Assembly (NCBI RefSeq): GCF_963921235.1
Contig: NC_086097.1
Coordinates: 184,886,001-184,950,000 of the forward strand
Source of the DNA: Mobula hypostoma
Lineage: Eukaryota
Direction of reading: 5' to 3'
DNA: 64,000 bases
In this document: positions 35,085-48,419 of the stretch, piece by piece
How positions within the stretch are numbered: position 1 is the stretch's first letter
How the letters are laid out: the number at the start of each line of letters is the position of its first letter
The notes under the pieces: generated by a model
The model's database searches: none
What the model was told of the DNA's origin: nothing
The model's input: only the letters and a program-made list of their open reading frames with translations
Made by a program: the position numbers and the translations under genes

Positions 35085-36435
35085 AACACCTATTGCACAG
35101 TTACCCAAGAAGACCATGGTGCCTCAATGATCACTGCCCAATAGTGCTTACATCAACTCCATTTCGAAATGCTTCAGGAAGCAAATGAACTCCTGCCTCA
35201 GAGATGATTTGTGTCTCCTTCAATTTGCCTACTGCCACAATAGGTCAACCACAGATGTGATTTCCCTGGCTCTTCACTCTATTCTGGACTATCTAGACAA
35301 CATGAACTCATACGTCAGACTTCTGTTCATTGACTACAGCTTAATGTTCAACACAATCATCCCATCCAAACTAATTATCAAGCTTCAAGACCTGGGTCCT
35401 CTGTACTTTCCTTTGAAAATGGATACTCGACTTCCTCAGTGAGGATTGATAACAACTTCTCCTCGTTGACCATCAACACAAGTGCATAAAGTCTGTCTGC
35501 TTAACCCCCTGCTCTACTCTATATACACATCTGACTATGTGGTTAAGCACACAGTCATTTGCCATCTTCACATTCACCAATGACACCACCGTGTTTAGAA
35601 GAATCACCGCTGGTGATGAATTAGCTCACAAGATAGGATGCATGAATATGTGGTGCTGTAGTGATAAGCTCTCATCCAATGGTAGAGAAACTGAAGAGCT
35701 GAATGTTGACTTCAGGAAGGGGAAGGATGCTGAACAGACACCAATTCGTACTGGGGGATCGGTGATGGAGAGTGTCAGCTGCTTTAAGTTCCTGTGAATT
35801 AACATATTGGATAACTTCTCTTGGACCCAGAACATACTGTAGATGCAATGATAGCAAATGCGCATCCAGGTCTTTATTTTCTTAGGAGGTTAAGGAGAAT
35901 TGTCTTATCACCAAAACTCTAACAGACTTCTACTGTTGTGCTGTTGAAAGTGTCCTGCATGATTACATCATGGTCAGGAATGCAAGAAACTGCAGACAGT
36001 AGTAGACTCCACCAAATACATTCATGGACACCGTCACTAGAATGTACAGCAGGTATTGCATCAAAAAGGCAACATCCATCACCAAAGGATCCTACCATGC
36101 AGGCCGTGCCATTTTTCTTTGTTAACATCAGGCAGCAGGTACAGAATCCTAAGGTTCCACACTACCTGGTTCAAAATCAGCTACTTCTCTTCATTCATTT
36201 GATGTTTTAACCAACCCACACAATCCTAATCAGAATTTAGCAACATGATAACCACTTTGCTCATTTTGCACTAAGTGGAATTTTTAGTTATATTTGTGTT
36301 CCTTCTGATAAAACTTCTAATAGTTAATTTATGCCTTCTCTTGTGATGCTGCAGGAAGTAATTTTTTCATTGTATCTGTGCACACATTTACTTGAGCATG
36401 TGATCATAAACTGGACTTTGGTTTTTACTTTGACT
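35085..36435 (+). mobile_element. Degraded Rex1/Babar LINE
   Basis: ORF 35185..35442 LQFAYCHNRSTTDVISLALH...VRLLFIDYS, then FTNDTTV and LNVDFRK. Tail ATAAACTGGACTTTG..ACTTTGACT. Confidence 0.88.
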
Positions 36436-37689
36436 GTGACACCTTGTCCATCTCTCATTCCATCTGGTCAGCAAAGGATTGCGCTGTTTTACACTGTCTC
36501 TCAGTATTTAAGGCGGTTACAAAGGCCCAGTACATATTGTGTTACTTTTATCCCTTAAGTCCTTAGTTACCCACCACGTACTGAATCCATAAGGGAGCTG
36601 TTTTTGCTTGCACTATCATAAGAGCTAAGGCTGAGCCTGTGGTTCAGGGTCACTCACAATCTCATCTGGAATGCAGGCATTACATCAACTTATTTCCTTC
36701 CTGACTCTGCTTTAAGCATAGCTAATGTGTTCAAATTCAAAAGAACTGGTTTGTTCTTTCTGCCATTCAAGTTCTGGGGGTTGGAAAGTTCATGAAATCA
36801 CTTTTAGATGCCCAGCTGGTTGCAGATTTCCTTCATTAGTTTGCTGTGAAATGTGCTCCCTGATCTGAATCCATCTTACTGGGATTCCTGACCGGGGGTG
36901 TGTTTCCTGAGCTGCAATTCGTGCTGCTGTGCCACTTGCCAAGAAAGCCTGCACCCAGCAGGTGATGTGATCCATGATCACCAGTCTTACACTTTGGCAG
37001 GAGCCCCATGAAGTCCATTGGGATGTTTTTTCCAGAGCCTTCATGGATGATTGGCTAACCAAACCTTTAATCCCATCTGAATTGTGATGGACGCATCGCC
37101 TGGAGAACTTCATCATATCCCCGTCCATCTGCAGCTGCCACTAAGTCTGCTAGAGGGACAAGACCATGCTATGCCTTCCTTGATGCATTACCATGGGTAT
37201 AGTTTTAATAATATCTGTCTAATACAGACTGAGAGTACAGCTACTCCTCTTCTTCCATCATCCTGCTACCATCTGGCTTTCCCCTCACACCGTCTTCCTT
37301 CATCTACATCTCAGTATAATCTTATTTGGTTCACTTTAGTTGTTTCCTTCTATACAATAATGATCTTGGTTGATCCATGTTCTTCCACTCTGCCCTCTTC
37401 ATTTAGGATCTATCCTTTATTTCACTTTCTGCTCCTTACTCGTCAGATTTGCCTTCACTACAACTACTGCTGACTCCCCAGGGCAACCATACCAGTTCTA
37501 ACTACTCCTAAAATATATTCCCATGCTGAACGCCTGCAGCTGTTGAATTTGCAAATCCTTCTCATGCCCAAGATATTAGGTAATCATGCAATACCCCAGA
37601 AGTGTACCTATTATCTGTGTATATTCTCACCTGACCTTGCCATCCTGATGCCTCAATCAGAATAGCTGCATTGCCATCTTGGACCATCA

Positions 37690-38160
37690 AGCATAGCAGC
37701 AGCATTAACCCATTCAGCCCTTGAATCTGCGCTATCATCTAATCATGGCTGATTTATTATCCCTCTCAACCCCAGTCTCCTGCTTTCTCCCCATAACCTT
37801 TGATGTCCTTACTAATCAAAAACCTATCAACCTCCTCTTTAAAAATACCCATTAATTCTTCTAAACTCCAGTAAGTACAGGCCCAATAGTGATAAAACAC
37901 TCTATATATATTCTGCCATTTTTTCCCTGGCATAACTCTTGTGAACCTCCTCTGCACCCTCTCCAATACCAACACATCCTTTCTTAGATAAAGGGTCTAA
38001 AGCAGCTCATAATGCTTCAAATGCAGTTTGACTAAAACCTCAGCATTATTTCCTAGTCCTCAGCTTTTACTTCCTAGTCCTCTTGAAAGGAATGCTAACA
38101 TTGCATTTGCTTTCCTTACTACCGACTCAACCTGTAGGTTAACTTTTAGAGAATCTTGAG
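37690..38160 (-). mobile_element. Decayed CR1 3' end
   Basis: ORF 37766..37975 LERVQRRFTRVMPG...IFKEEVDRFLISKDIKGYGEKAG, UTR AAATCAGCCATGATTAGATG. Confidence 0.88.
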
Positions 38161-38319
38161 AACTAATGACACTATAGCCTATAATGTCATCCTGGCTCCA
38201 GTCTCTGCTAATGAGGGAAGTTGTCCCTACGTGTGCCACGATGTGCGCTCAGTGGAACAATGGATCCATTGACTTATCCAAGTAATTTTTCTCTTCCTTT
38301 AGTTTATGACACCTCCTGC

Positions 38320-38445
38320 CTCTCTGATGTGGAGTCTTGAACTGAAACATTGACAATTGCTTTGCAGCTGCCAATCAACTCACTGAGATCCTCCAGCAGG
38401 TTTTTGCTGATCCAGATTGCAGCATTTGCAGTCACTAGTGTCTCC
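38320..38445 (+). mobile_element. Short Penelope terminal-repeat remnant beginning at a decayed hammerhead
   Basis: CTGATGT-GGAGTCTTGAACT-GAAA-CA-TTGAC, then CTGAGATCCTCCAGCAG...CCAGATTGCAGCATTTGCAG. Confidence 0.55.
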
Positions 38446-39382
38446 CTGAGTTTACCTTTTCCTAGAATAGAACCCTCATTTTCAAGGCAGACCTAGGAAT
38501 ATACTGGAAGGTGGAGTTCTCCGATCTTCAGTATCTGGGTGTCATTACTTTCCCTCCTATACTCATTATGTAAATAGTCTTTACAGTAATTGATGTGTAG
38601 GACAGTTATCTGTACTAATGCACCTGCATTCACCAACATGCTTCATACTGGCTACCAAACAATGCTATTGTACACAACTGTAGGTTATCTGTACTATGAA
38701 GGGGCTGTCACCATCCATTTTTCTGACCTGGAGTCTGCTTTTACCCTTTACCACGAGGCAGAGGGAGTGATAATGGGGTAGGAGGTTTATGTTGTTTTCT
38801 GGTTTCCACCCACCTTGGTGATAGAAACCAGAGCAGAACATAAACTTGCTGCTCTAACAGACCTTTCTCCCTCTTTCCACATTGCTTCCAACTATTTCCT
38901 TTGCTCTCTTAGGTCGGGCGTGACAATCCCCTGTCAGCGCCACATAAAAGAAACTCCATGTATCTTCACAGTGGCTACCTGTACAGCAGTCATCTAGTGA
39001 CCTCTCTTTCCTCTCCTTTTACCTCCTTACCATGACACTATTACAGATTAGATGGGGACTCTATTGCTGTTCTCAAGTCCATGTCCTCCTGGTGAGCTAG
39101 TTTACACCTTCCTTGAGCATTTTATTGTTCAGATTGTTCCACCCCGGATTATCCATTCTTGAGTAAACCTCAAAGCCCAATACTTTTGTTGCACATAATC
39201 TATGACTGTCTCATCGTTTCTCTGGCCAACTGACATCATCATTCCCCTAATTCTCCTATCTGCCCCCAGTCTTTGTCTTATCTCACCCTTGAAGTTGCAA
39301 TATCTTTCCTCATTACAGACATTCCCACCAGTTGCCCATGTACCATTCCACCCAGCTTGGGCCATACTGTCACACATAGGGG

Positions 39383-42300
39383 GAATCCTAGGGGGACCAA
39401 TATCCTGGCAGGGAGATTAGCAAGGGCTACTGAGGTGACTTTAAACTAGAATGGTTGGGGGGTGGGAATCAAATTGAAGAGGCTAGGCGTGAGGAGGTTA
39501 GTTCACAACAGGGGGATGGGAACCAGTGCAGAGAGACAGAGGGGTGTAAAGTGAGGGTAGAAGCAAAAAGTACTAAGGTGAAAAATAAAAGTGGCAGGCC
39601 GACAAATCCAGGGCAAGCATTAAAAAGGGCCACTTTTCAGCATAATTGTGTAAGGGCTAAGAGAGTTGTAAAAGAGCACCTGAAGGCTTTGTGTGTCAAT
39701 GCAAGGAGCATTCGTAATAAGGTGGATGAATTGAAAGTGCAGATTGTTATTAATGATTATGATATAGTTGGGATCACAGAGACATGGCTCCAGGGTGACC
39801 AAGGATGGGAGCTCAACATTCAGGGATATTCAATATTCCGGAGGGATAGACATGAAGGAAGGGGAGGTGGGGTGGCGTTGCTGGTTAAAGGAGAGATTAA
39901 CGCAATAGAAAGGAAGGACATAAGCCGGGAAGATGTGGAATCGATATGGGTAGAGCTGCGTAACACTAAGGGGCAGAAGACGCTGGTGGGAGTTGTGTAC
40001 AGGCCACCTAACAGTAGTAGTGAGGTCGGAGATGGTATTAAACAGGAAATTAGAAATGTGTGCAATAAAGGAACAGCAGTTATAATGGGTGACTTCAATC
40101 TACATATAGATTGGGTGAACCAAATTGGTAAAGGTGCTGAGGAAGAGGATTTCTTGGAATGTATGTGGGATGGTTTTTTGAACCAACATGTCGAGGAACC
40201 AACTAGAGAGCAGGCTATTCTGGACTGGGTTTTGAGCAATGAGGAAGGGTTAATTAGCAATCTTGTCGTGAGAGGCCCCTTGGGTAAGAGTGACCATAAT
40301 ATGGTGGAATTCTTCATTAAGATGGAGAGTGACATAGTTAATTCAGAAACAAAGGTTCTGAACTTAAAGAGGGGTAACTTTGAAGGTATGAGACGTGAAT
40401 TAGCTAAGATATTAGCAAATGACACTTAAAGGATTGACGGTGGATATGCAATGGCAAGCATTTAAAGGTTGCATGGATGAACTACAACAATTGTTCATCC
40501 CAGTTTGGCAAAAGAATAAATCAAGGAAGGTAGTGCACCCGTGGCTGACAAGAGAAATTAGGGTTAGTATCAATTCCAAAGAAGAAGCATACAAATTAGC
40601 CAGAGAAAGTGGCTCAGCTGAGGACTGGGAGAAATTCAGAGTTCAGCAGAGGAGGACAAAGGGCTTAATTAGGAAGGGGAAAAAAGATTATGAGAGAAAA
40701 CTGGCAGGGAACATAAAAACGGACTGTAAAAGCTTTTATAGATATGTAAAAAGGAAAAGACTGGTAAAGACAAATGTAGGTCCCCTGCAGACAGAAACAG
40801 GTGAATTGATTATGGGGAGCAAGGACATGGCAGACCAATTGAATAATTACTTTGGTTCTGTCTTCACTAAGGAGGACATAAATAATCTTCCAGAAATAGT
40901 AGGGGACAGAGGGTCCAGTGAGATGGAGGAACTGAGCGAAATACATGTTAGTAGGGAAGTGGCGTTAGGTAAATTGAAGGGATTGAAGGCAGATAAATCC
41001 CCAGGGCCAGATGGTCTGCATCCTAGAGTGCTTAAGGAAGTAGCCCAAGAAATAGTGGATGCATTAGTGATAATTTTTCAAAACTCGTTAGATTCTGGAC
41101 TAGTTCCTGAGGATTGGAGGGTGGCTAATGTAACTCCATTTTTTAAAAAAGGAGGGAGAGAGAAACCGGGGAATTATAGACCAGTTAGCCTAACGTCGGT
41201 GGTGGGGAAACTGCTGGAGTCAGTTATCAAGGATGTGATAACAGCACATTTGGAAAGCAGTGAAATGATCGGACAAAGTCAGCATGGATTTGTGAAAGGA
41301 AAATCATGTCTGACGAATCTCATAGAATTTTTTGAGGATGTAACTAGTAGAGTGGATAGGGGAGAACCAGTGGATGTGGTATATTTGGATTTTCAAAAGG
41401 CTTTTGACAAGGTCCCACACAGGAGATTAGTGTGCAAACTTAAGGCACACGGTATTGGGGGTAAGGTATTGGTGTGGGTGGAGAATTGGTTAGCAGACAG
41501 GAAGCAAAGAGTGGGAATAAGCGGGACCTTTTCAGAATGGCAGGCGGTGACGAGTGGGGTACTGCAAGGCTCAGTGCTGGGACCCCAGTTGTTTACAATA
41601 TATATTAATGACTTGGATGAGGGAATTAAATGCAGCATCTCCAAGTTTGCGGATGACACGAAGCTGGGTGGCAGTGTTAGCTGTGAGGAGGATGCCAAGA
41701 GGATGCAGGGTGACTTGGATAGGTTGGGTGAGTGGGCAAATTCATGGCAGATGCAATTTAATGTGGATAAATGTGAAGTTATCCACTTTGGTGGCAAAAA
41801 CAGGAAAACAGATTATTATCTGAATGGTGGCCAATTAGGAAAAGGGGAGGTGCAACGAGACCTGGGTGTCATTATACACCAGTCATTGAAAGTGGGCATG
41901 CAGGTACAGCAGGCGGTGAAAAAGGCGAATGGTATGCTGGCATTTATAGTGAGAGGATTCGAGTATAGGAGCAGGGAGGTACTACTGCAGTTGTACAAGG
42001 CCTTGGTGAGACCACACCTGGAGTATTGTGTGCAGTTTTGGTCCCCTAATCTGAGGAAAGACATCCTTGCCATAGAGGGAGTACAAAGAAGGTTCACCAG
42101 ATTGATTCCTGGGATGGCAGGACTTTCATATGAAGAAAGACTGGATGAACTGGGTTTGTACTCGTTGGAATTTAGAAGATTGAGGGGGGATCTGATTGAA
42201 ACGTATAAGATCCTAAAGGGATTGGACAGGCTAGATGCAGGAAGGTTGTTCCCGATGTTGGGGAAGTCCAGAACAAGGGGCCACAGTTTGAGGATAGAGG

Positions 42301-42533
42301 GGAAGCCTTTTAGGACCGAGATTAGGAAAAACTTCTTCACACAGAGAGTGGTGAATCTGTGGAATTCTCTGCCACAGGAAACAGTTGAGGCCAGTGGGGT
42401 CAGGGGGTAGAGGGAAGGCTGGGGCGGGGTTCTGAGTTGGATGATCAGCCATGATCACAATAAATGGCGGTGCAGGCTCGAAGGGCTGAATGGCCTACTC
42501 CTGCACCTATTTTCTATGTTTCTATGTTTCTAT
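39383..42533 (+). mobile_element. Young CR1 LINE, truncated at the end of ORF1, near-intact ORF2
   Basis: ORF1 end NPRGTNILAGRLARATEVTLN-stop. ORFs 39455..40429 (endonuclease) and 40419..42410 (RT, SKFADDTKLGG). Tail (TTTCTATG)n ends 42533. Confidence 0.96.
39455..42410 (+). pseudogene. CR1 ORF2 (APE endonuclease + reverse transcriptase) with one frameshift at ~40410 and a short C-terminal deletion at ~42390
   Basis: CVNARSIRNK, GITETWL, MGDFN, LDWVL, GKSDHN, then YLDFQKAFDKVPH, QGSVLGP, FADD. No internal stops within either ORF. Confidence 0.92.
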
Positions 42534-42569
42534 ACCTCTCAGGAATCTTGCTTTTAAATCAGTAAATTG

Positions 42570-44757
42570 AATCACTTGGCTGTCCTTTTCCTACCTGCAC
42601 ACAGGCAGTGGATGCAGAGAAAAGCTCCAAAGATTATGACAACAAAGAGGAGGTCGCAGGAGATAAAGGAGTGGCTATGGGACTGTTTCGAGCAGGTGAA
42701 CTAGGCCATGTTCAAGGACTCATCTGCGGATCTGCATGAATATGCCATGGTTGTCACGGACTTTGTTAAAACAATTGTAGATGAGTGTGTTCGCGCAAAA
42801 TCATTCAGCGCCTTCCCAACCAGAAGCCCTGGATGAATCACCAAATCCGTAATCTGCTGAGGGCCAGATCAGAGGCATTCACATCTGGTGACCAAGAAAG
42901 TTACAAGAGATCCAGGCACAATTTCTGGAAATTGGGAATTCCAGACTAATCTAAAATCAATGAAGGATACTCAACAGTTGTGGCCGAGCTTAAAAACTAT
43001 CACTCTTATAAAGTTAAATCAAGTGATATAGGCCACAACAGGGTTTAGTATCCAGATGAGCTCAATGCTGCTTATTCTTACTTTGACCATAAGAAACATG
43101 GAGGAACCATCATGAACTCCCACAGTCCCCGATCCTGCGATTTCCGACTCAGAGGCCAATGTGCACTCAGCCTTCAAGAGGGTGAACCCACAAAAAGCAT
43201 CCAGCCCAGATGTGGTACCTGGTCAGGTACTAAAAACCTGTGCTGATCAACTGGCTGGAGTGTTCACTGGAATCTTTAATCTCTCGCTTTGGTAGACAAA
43301 GGTACCCACCTGTCCCAAGCAGGCTTCAATTATACCAGTGTCTAAGAAGAACGTGCTAACGTTCCTTAATGATTATCACCTAGTAGTGTTTACATCCAGA
43401 GTGATGAAGTGTTTTGAGAAGTTGGTGATGAAACAGTTCAACTCCTGCCTGAGAAGTGACTTGGATCCATTCCAATCTGCTTACCAGAGCAACAGGTCCA
43501 CAGCAGATGCTATTTCATTGGCTCTTCACTCAACCCTAGACCATCTGGACAGTAAAGATGCATACATTGGGATGCTCTTTATCGACTACAGCTCAACATT
43601 CAAAACCATCAAATCCACAAAGCTAATCAGTAAGCTCCAAAATCTTGGCCTCAATACTTACTCGTTCATTGGATCCTCGATTTCTTCACATGCAGACCCC
43701 AGTCAGTTCGGACTGTGAACAACATCTCCTCCACAATCTCCATTAGCACAGGTGCACCACAGGGCTGTATGCTTAGACCCCTGCTCTACTCACTTTACAC
43801 TTATGAACTGTGTGGCAAAGCACAGCTCCAATGCCATATCCAAGATAGCTGACGACACCACCGTCACAGGCCGAATCAAAGGTGGTGGCAAAATCAGCAT
43901 ATAGAAGAGAGATTGAAAATCTGGTTGAGTGGTGCCACAACAACAATTGCTTACCTAATGTCAGCAAGACCATGGAGCTGATTATTGACTTCAGGGGAAG
44001 TAAACCAGAGGTCCATGAGCCAGTCCTCATCAGAGGATCAGAGGTGGAGAAGGTCAGCAACTTTAAATTCCTCGGTGTTATTATTTTGGAGGGCATGTCC
44101 AGGATCCAGCATGTAAGTTTGCAAAGTTTTGGCATGACATTTGAAACTTCGATGAACATTTATAGATGTTTAGTGGAGAGTATATCGATTGGCTGCATCA
44201 CAACCTGGAATGGAAACATCAATGCCCTTGAACAGAAGATTCTACAAAAAGTAATGGATACAGCCCAGTCCATCACAGGTAAAGCCCTCCCCACCATTGA
44301 GCACATCCACACAAAACACTGTTGTTGGAAAGCAGCATCTATCATCAGGGAACCCCAACACCCAGGATTTGCTCTCTTCTCACTACAGCCAGTAGGAAGA
44401 AGGTACAGGAGCCTTAGGGTTCACACTACCATTTTCAGGAAGTTATTACCCTTCAACCATCAGGCTCTTGGAAACAAAGGGGATAGCTTCATTCAACTTC
44501 ACTTGCTCATGATTGAAATGTTCTCACAACCTATGGACTCACTTTCAAAGACTCTTCATCTCATGTTCTCAATATTTATTGCTTATTTTTAATTATTATT
44601 ACCATTTTTTTCTATTTGCACAGTTTGCTTTTGCACACTAGTTTTATGCCCAAGTTGTTGTGCTCTTCCATTGATTCTGTTATGGTTATTACTCTATGGA
44701 TTTATTGAGTATGCTGGCAAGACCATGAATCTCAAGGTTTTAAAATTTGAACTTTAA
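42570..44757 (+). mobile_element. Degraded Rex1/Babar LINE
   Basis: HLAVLFLP, NQKPWMN, VMKCFEKLV, NRSTADAISLALH, MLFIDYSSTF, ADDTTV, LIIDFR, FKFLGV. Tail TTTGAACTTTAAC. Confidence 0.92.
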
Positions 44758-45603
44758 CCAAAACATGCATCTTGAGAGGGTGCATCTGGTGAATTTCAAT
44801 TGTTTTCTTTAACTCACACCAAATTTCTGTGTTCCCACAGATGACTAAGTGAGGGTAGCTCAGACAAAATGCACTATTTCTTCCCTGGTGTGAGAAGTTT
44901 GCAGTTGTTTGCCGAAATTATCCGGATTCTGTGCCTGTTGTTTCTTTTGGTACCATACCAACAGGTAGTGTGGGTTAGAAGCTTTTCTGCTGGCTGGCAC
45001 ATTCCCTCTAGTTGTCGTCCCAGGCTGGGGTTCCCAAATCTTACTTCATTATCATTCTCTTTGGCCATTCCTGTGGTAGCTACCCAGAAAGCAACCAGAT
45101 GTTTGGTCCTATCCCATTCATCTCCATGAAGACAATTGAAGGAAAAAAAGTAAAAGAGTACGTACTTAAAATATGGGCATATGCATTCTGCCAGCTCTCC
45201 ACTTTGTGCCACTGAACCAGTAAGACCTGCTATATTTCCTACTGCGTGGAACGCTAAGTATTCCTGTACTGCTGCCCATTCTAGGCTTTGAGTGAAGGAT
45301 TTCTCTTGTGCACACGAACACACTTTTACAAATGCTCTGTCTTCGGTGGTCTCCTGAACAAGTATACATGCAACAGCCCCCACCAAATCAAAATAGTAGT
45401 CCCCGAACTATGATACATCCTCAGCAGCTATGCTACTCTAACACAGTGACACACCACAGTTATAAGTGATAAACTCCAGGTTTTTTTTCACACTCACACT
45501 CACACTCAGAGATAGAGAGAGAGAGAGAGATATGTGTTTACCTCTCCAGCTCTGTACTCTGTCATTATTAATATTACAAATCCAATGTTATCAACCCAAA
45601 GCA

Positions 45604-45900
45604 AAACACACAAGATGCGAGAAGAGCTCAGCAAGTCAGGCAGCATCCATAGAAATGAACAAACAGGCAACGTTTCAAGCCAGGACCCTTTTCTGGACTG
45701 GAATGGAAGGGGGAAGACGCCAGAATAAAGAAGTAGGGGGGAGGGAAAGGAGAATAGCTGATAGAAGATGATAGGTGAGAAAGATAAGGGGCTGAAGAGA
45801 AAGGAATTTGATAGGACAGAATACTTTCTAAGAAAGGACACAAAAAGGTGCAGGAGACAGTGGAGAGACTTAAAGAGGGAGATGTGAAAGGAAAGGATAG
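45604..45900 (-). mobile_element. Penelope terminal repeat and UTR fragment with decayed hammerhead (45664-45700)
   Basis: Minus strand CAGTC-CAGAAAA-GGGTCCTGGCTT-GAAA-CG-TT-GCCTG, plus homology to 25100-25260. Confidence 0.75.
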
Positions 45901-46261
45901 GCAAAGAAGATCAATGCATAAAAGTATCAGAGAAATGATAAGGAAAAATATATTCCAAACATTGTATAATGTCATGGAGAATCAATATGTTAAGGTTTAC
46001 CTCTTTCACTAGGCTTAATAGGCTAAATAACTTACTGATTCTAGATCTTATGCAGAAGACTTCCTGTTCTTTATCACCATTAATTTTGTTGTTTATTTAA
46101 CATTCAGATATTAATATTTTCTGATAAGATCAGATATCTTGCAATGCTATTTTTTAGAACTTAAGATTCTATGGAAAGAACAGAACAGTAAGTTTATATA
46201 GTAAGTTTAAAAATAATTTCATTATTATTTTATAATTGGTTCCATAAGGTTGTTATAGTCA

Positions 46262-46692
46262 GGGGGTGGTACTGGGGATAAGCTCTCACGACCTATTAAG
46301 TGCTCCCAATAGCATGAATCTCAAATAGCCTCTTTCAACCAAGTCCAGTTCCTGACCTTCACGTGTGGCTTAGTTACTTTGGGCAGATGGGGACTCATCA
46401 GCTGTGGTTGGCAGCTCGTTGAGGAGATCTCAAACCTTCACTGCCTTGTGACTATATCAACTTCGGGAGTAAGCCCCAAGGAAAAATCTGGAACTGGTGT
46501 TCCTAAGGCAGGCCTACTTTGAGTTCAGTGTTGACTGGCAGCTCCTGCAACGCTGCTGGTACCAAACTGCATCTGCCTCTGCCATTCCTTTCAATGCACT
46601 AGTTGCATGGAGAGGTGGAACCTGCCACAGGGGCAACAGGTTGCTTTCCATATCGTGCTGCCCTGACTTGTAGACAGCTGGGATGCAACAAC
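46262..46692 (+). mobile_element. Short non-coding interspersed retroelement (possibly Ingi/Vingi- or RTE-derived)
   Basis: GC-richer block with an abrupt GGGGGTGG start inside AT-rich DNA. Shares TCACGTGT(T)GGCT with the RTE 5' end. No ORF, no TSD found. Confidence 0.45.
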
Positions 46693-48029
46693 CTCCGAAA
46701 TTTCCAGACAGAGTTTAATGTTCATTATCTCGAGCCAAACCAAAGTAAGGAAGAACATTATATCATTGCACAAAAATTGACATGAATGCTTTTCATGATT
46801 GAATCATTGTGGCAGTCATCTGCTTGGTTCACCAATAAAAAATGTTAAATGACTAAGATAGCAGGGGATCAGTAATGTTGTTGTTCTGAGACTGTCCAAC
46901 AGCTGGTTCACCTCAGCACAACCAGACCTAATTTCTCAGGCAGCATTCTAAGAAAGCAAGTTGCATCATTTCATGCATGTCAAATGTGAAACTTGCCAGC
47001 TCGAATTCCCAACCAGAAGTGTCATGTGAATTTCTAGAATGGCACAATTCATCACAAAATTGTTCTAATTGTGCTTCATTCTTTCGTATATGCAAAACAC
47101 TGAAAAAAAACAGCACTATGCAATAGCATTGGAAACATCAAGGAAACATGCCTGAGTTTTCACAGAAGATGGACTTGAAAACAAAATAAATAATAAGGGT
47201 CTCTGGGGTATTCTAAGAACCTGACTGCACTATGTTAAAAACAGGGCAAATTTTTCCTGCTGATCTGTCCTGTATTTACCCCTTCATTTCTGTGCTAGAT
47301 TTTAAATATTTTAAATACTGTTGAAAGTATTCAGGATTGAGATTCAGCCTTGACATGCATTCAGGATATGACAGCTGAAATACTCTATGAAGACTTTAAA
47401 GTAGTACTTCAGAATACTCACCATATAAACTCTTCTGTAACAATCAACAAAGACTAGAAAAATAAATTAATATTTATGCTTCCAGATACCATTGGACATT
47501 GAATGACAATAATCTGTTCCATTCTTCTGTTTACAATAAATTAACAGAACAAACAGGGAAAGAACCTGAGATCTTCCTGTTCTGTGGTTACATTGGCAAG
47601 TAATCTGGTCACATTACCATTGTTACATACTGTATTTTATAATATCTCTTATTTGCCAAAGGGACAAAGGTTCACTGTATTCTTGGTGTGGCAAGATCAG
47701 AAGTGCATTATGAATGTGCCTACAGTTTAACTCTATCTTATTCTACAACAGAAAACTCATTCTCGAATATTAGCCAATTCTCCATACCTTTAAGTTTTCT
47801 AACATTTCACAGGTCTTTGGTTGATTGAAACATTTATCTTTCTCAGAAAAATATTCAATTACATAATTAGAATGCCATGTTTACCTGATTCATAAAATGA
47901 CCATTATATAGCATTTCTCATTTATTAAAAAATGTATTTTTATCCTTTTATGAGATATGTGTATCAACTAAGCAAGCATAGGATGTATAAACCTTAATTA
48001 ATCTTGAGAAAGTAGTTGTAAGCTCATAA

Positions 48030-48330
48030 CAAGAGCAAAAAAAAAACAAGAAAATAGAAATAGGAGTAGACCACAAAGCTCACCACCTACTTCACCATTC
48101 AGTGTAATCATTACTCCAGGTTTCTTCTCCTCCCTGAGTCAGGTCTCCAATGGTCCTCAATTCTCTTATCTTTCAAAAATTATATTGATTTCCATTTTAA
48201 ATATCTCCAAAGAGCCAGACCACACAATCCTCCAGGGTACATAACTCAAGATTCACTATCTTCTGTGAGAAGGTGATATATACCTCAGCTTCAATCGATC
48301 ACCCTCCAAACTTTGTAATTGGCAATCCTC
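48030..48330 (-). mobile_element. Decayed CR1 3' end
   Basis: AAATAGAAATAGGAGTAGACCAC...CACCATTCAGTGTAATCAT is the reverse complement of the CR1 UTR. GATTCACTATCTTCTGTGAGAAG gives FSQKIVNL. Confidence 0.6.
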
Positions 48331-48419
48331 TTGGTGAAAGTACTTCCACAGTTCTGTTCACAAGGAGTACAATTTAAGGACCAAACAACTATGAAGGATT
48401 GTCAATCTACTTTCAGATC

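Noticed and set aside
39820..42340. Long antisense ORFs (201, 134, 174 aa) within CR1
   Set aside because: Shadow frames of LINE ORF2 that recur at equivalent positions in the other CR1 copies. No independent protein motif.
44874..45386. 170-aa minus-strand ORF in unique DNA, with possible donors (GAA|GTAAGA ~45044)
   Set aside because: Non-ATG start and no recognisable domain. A lncRNA or exon cannot be excluded but is unsupported without RNA data.
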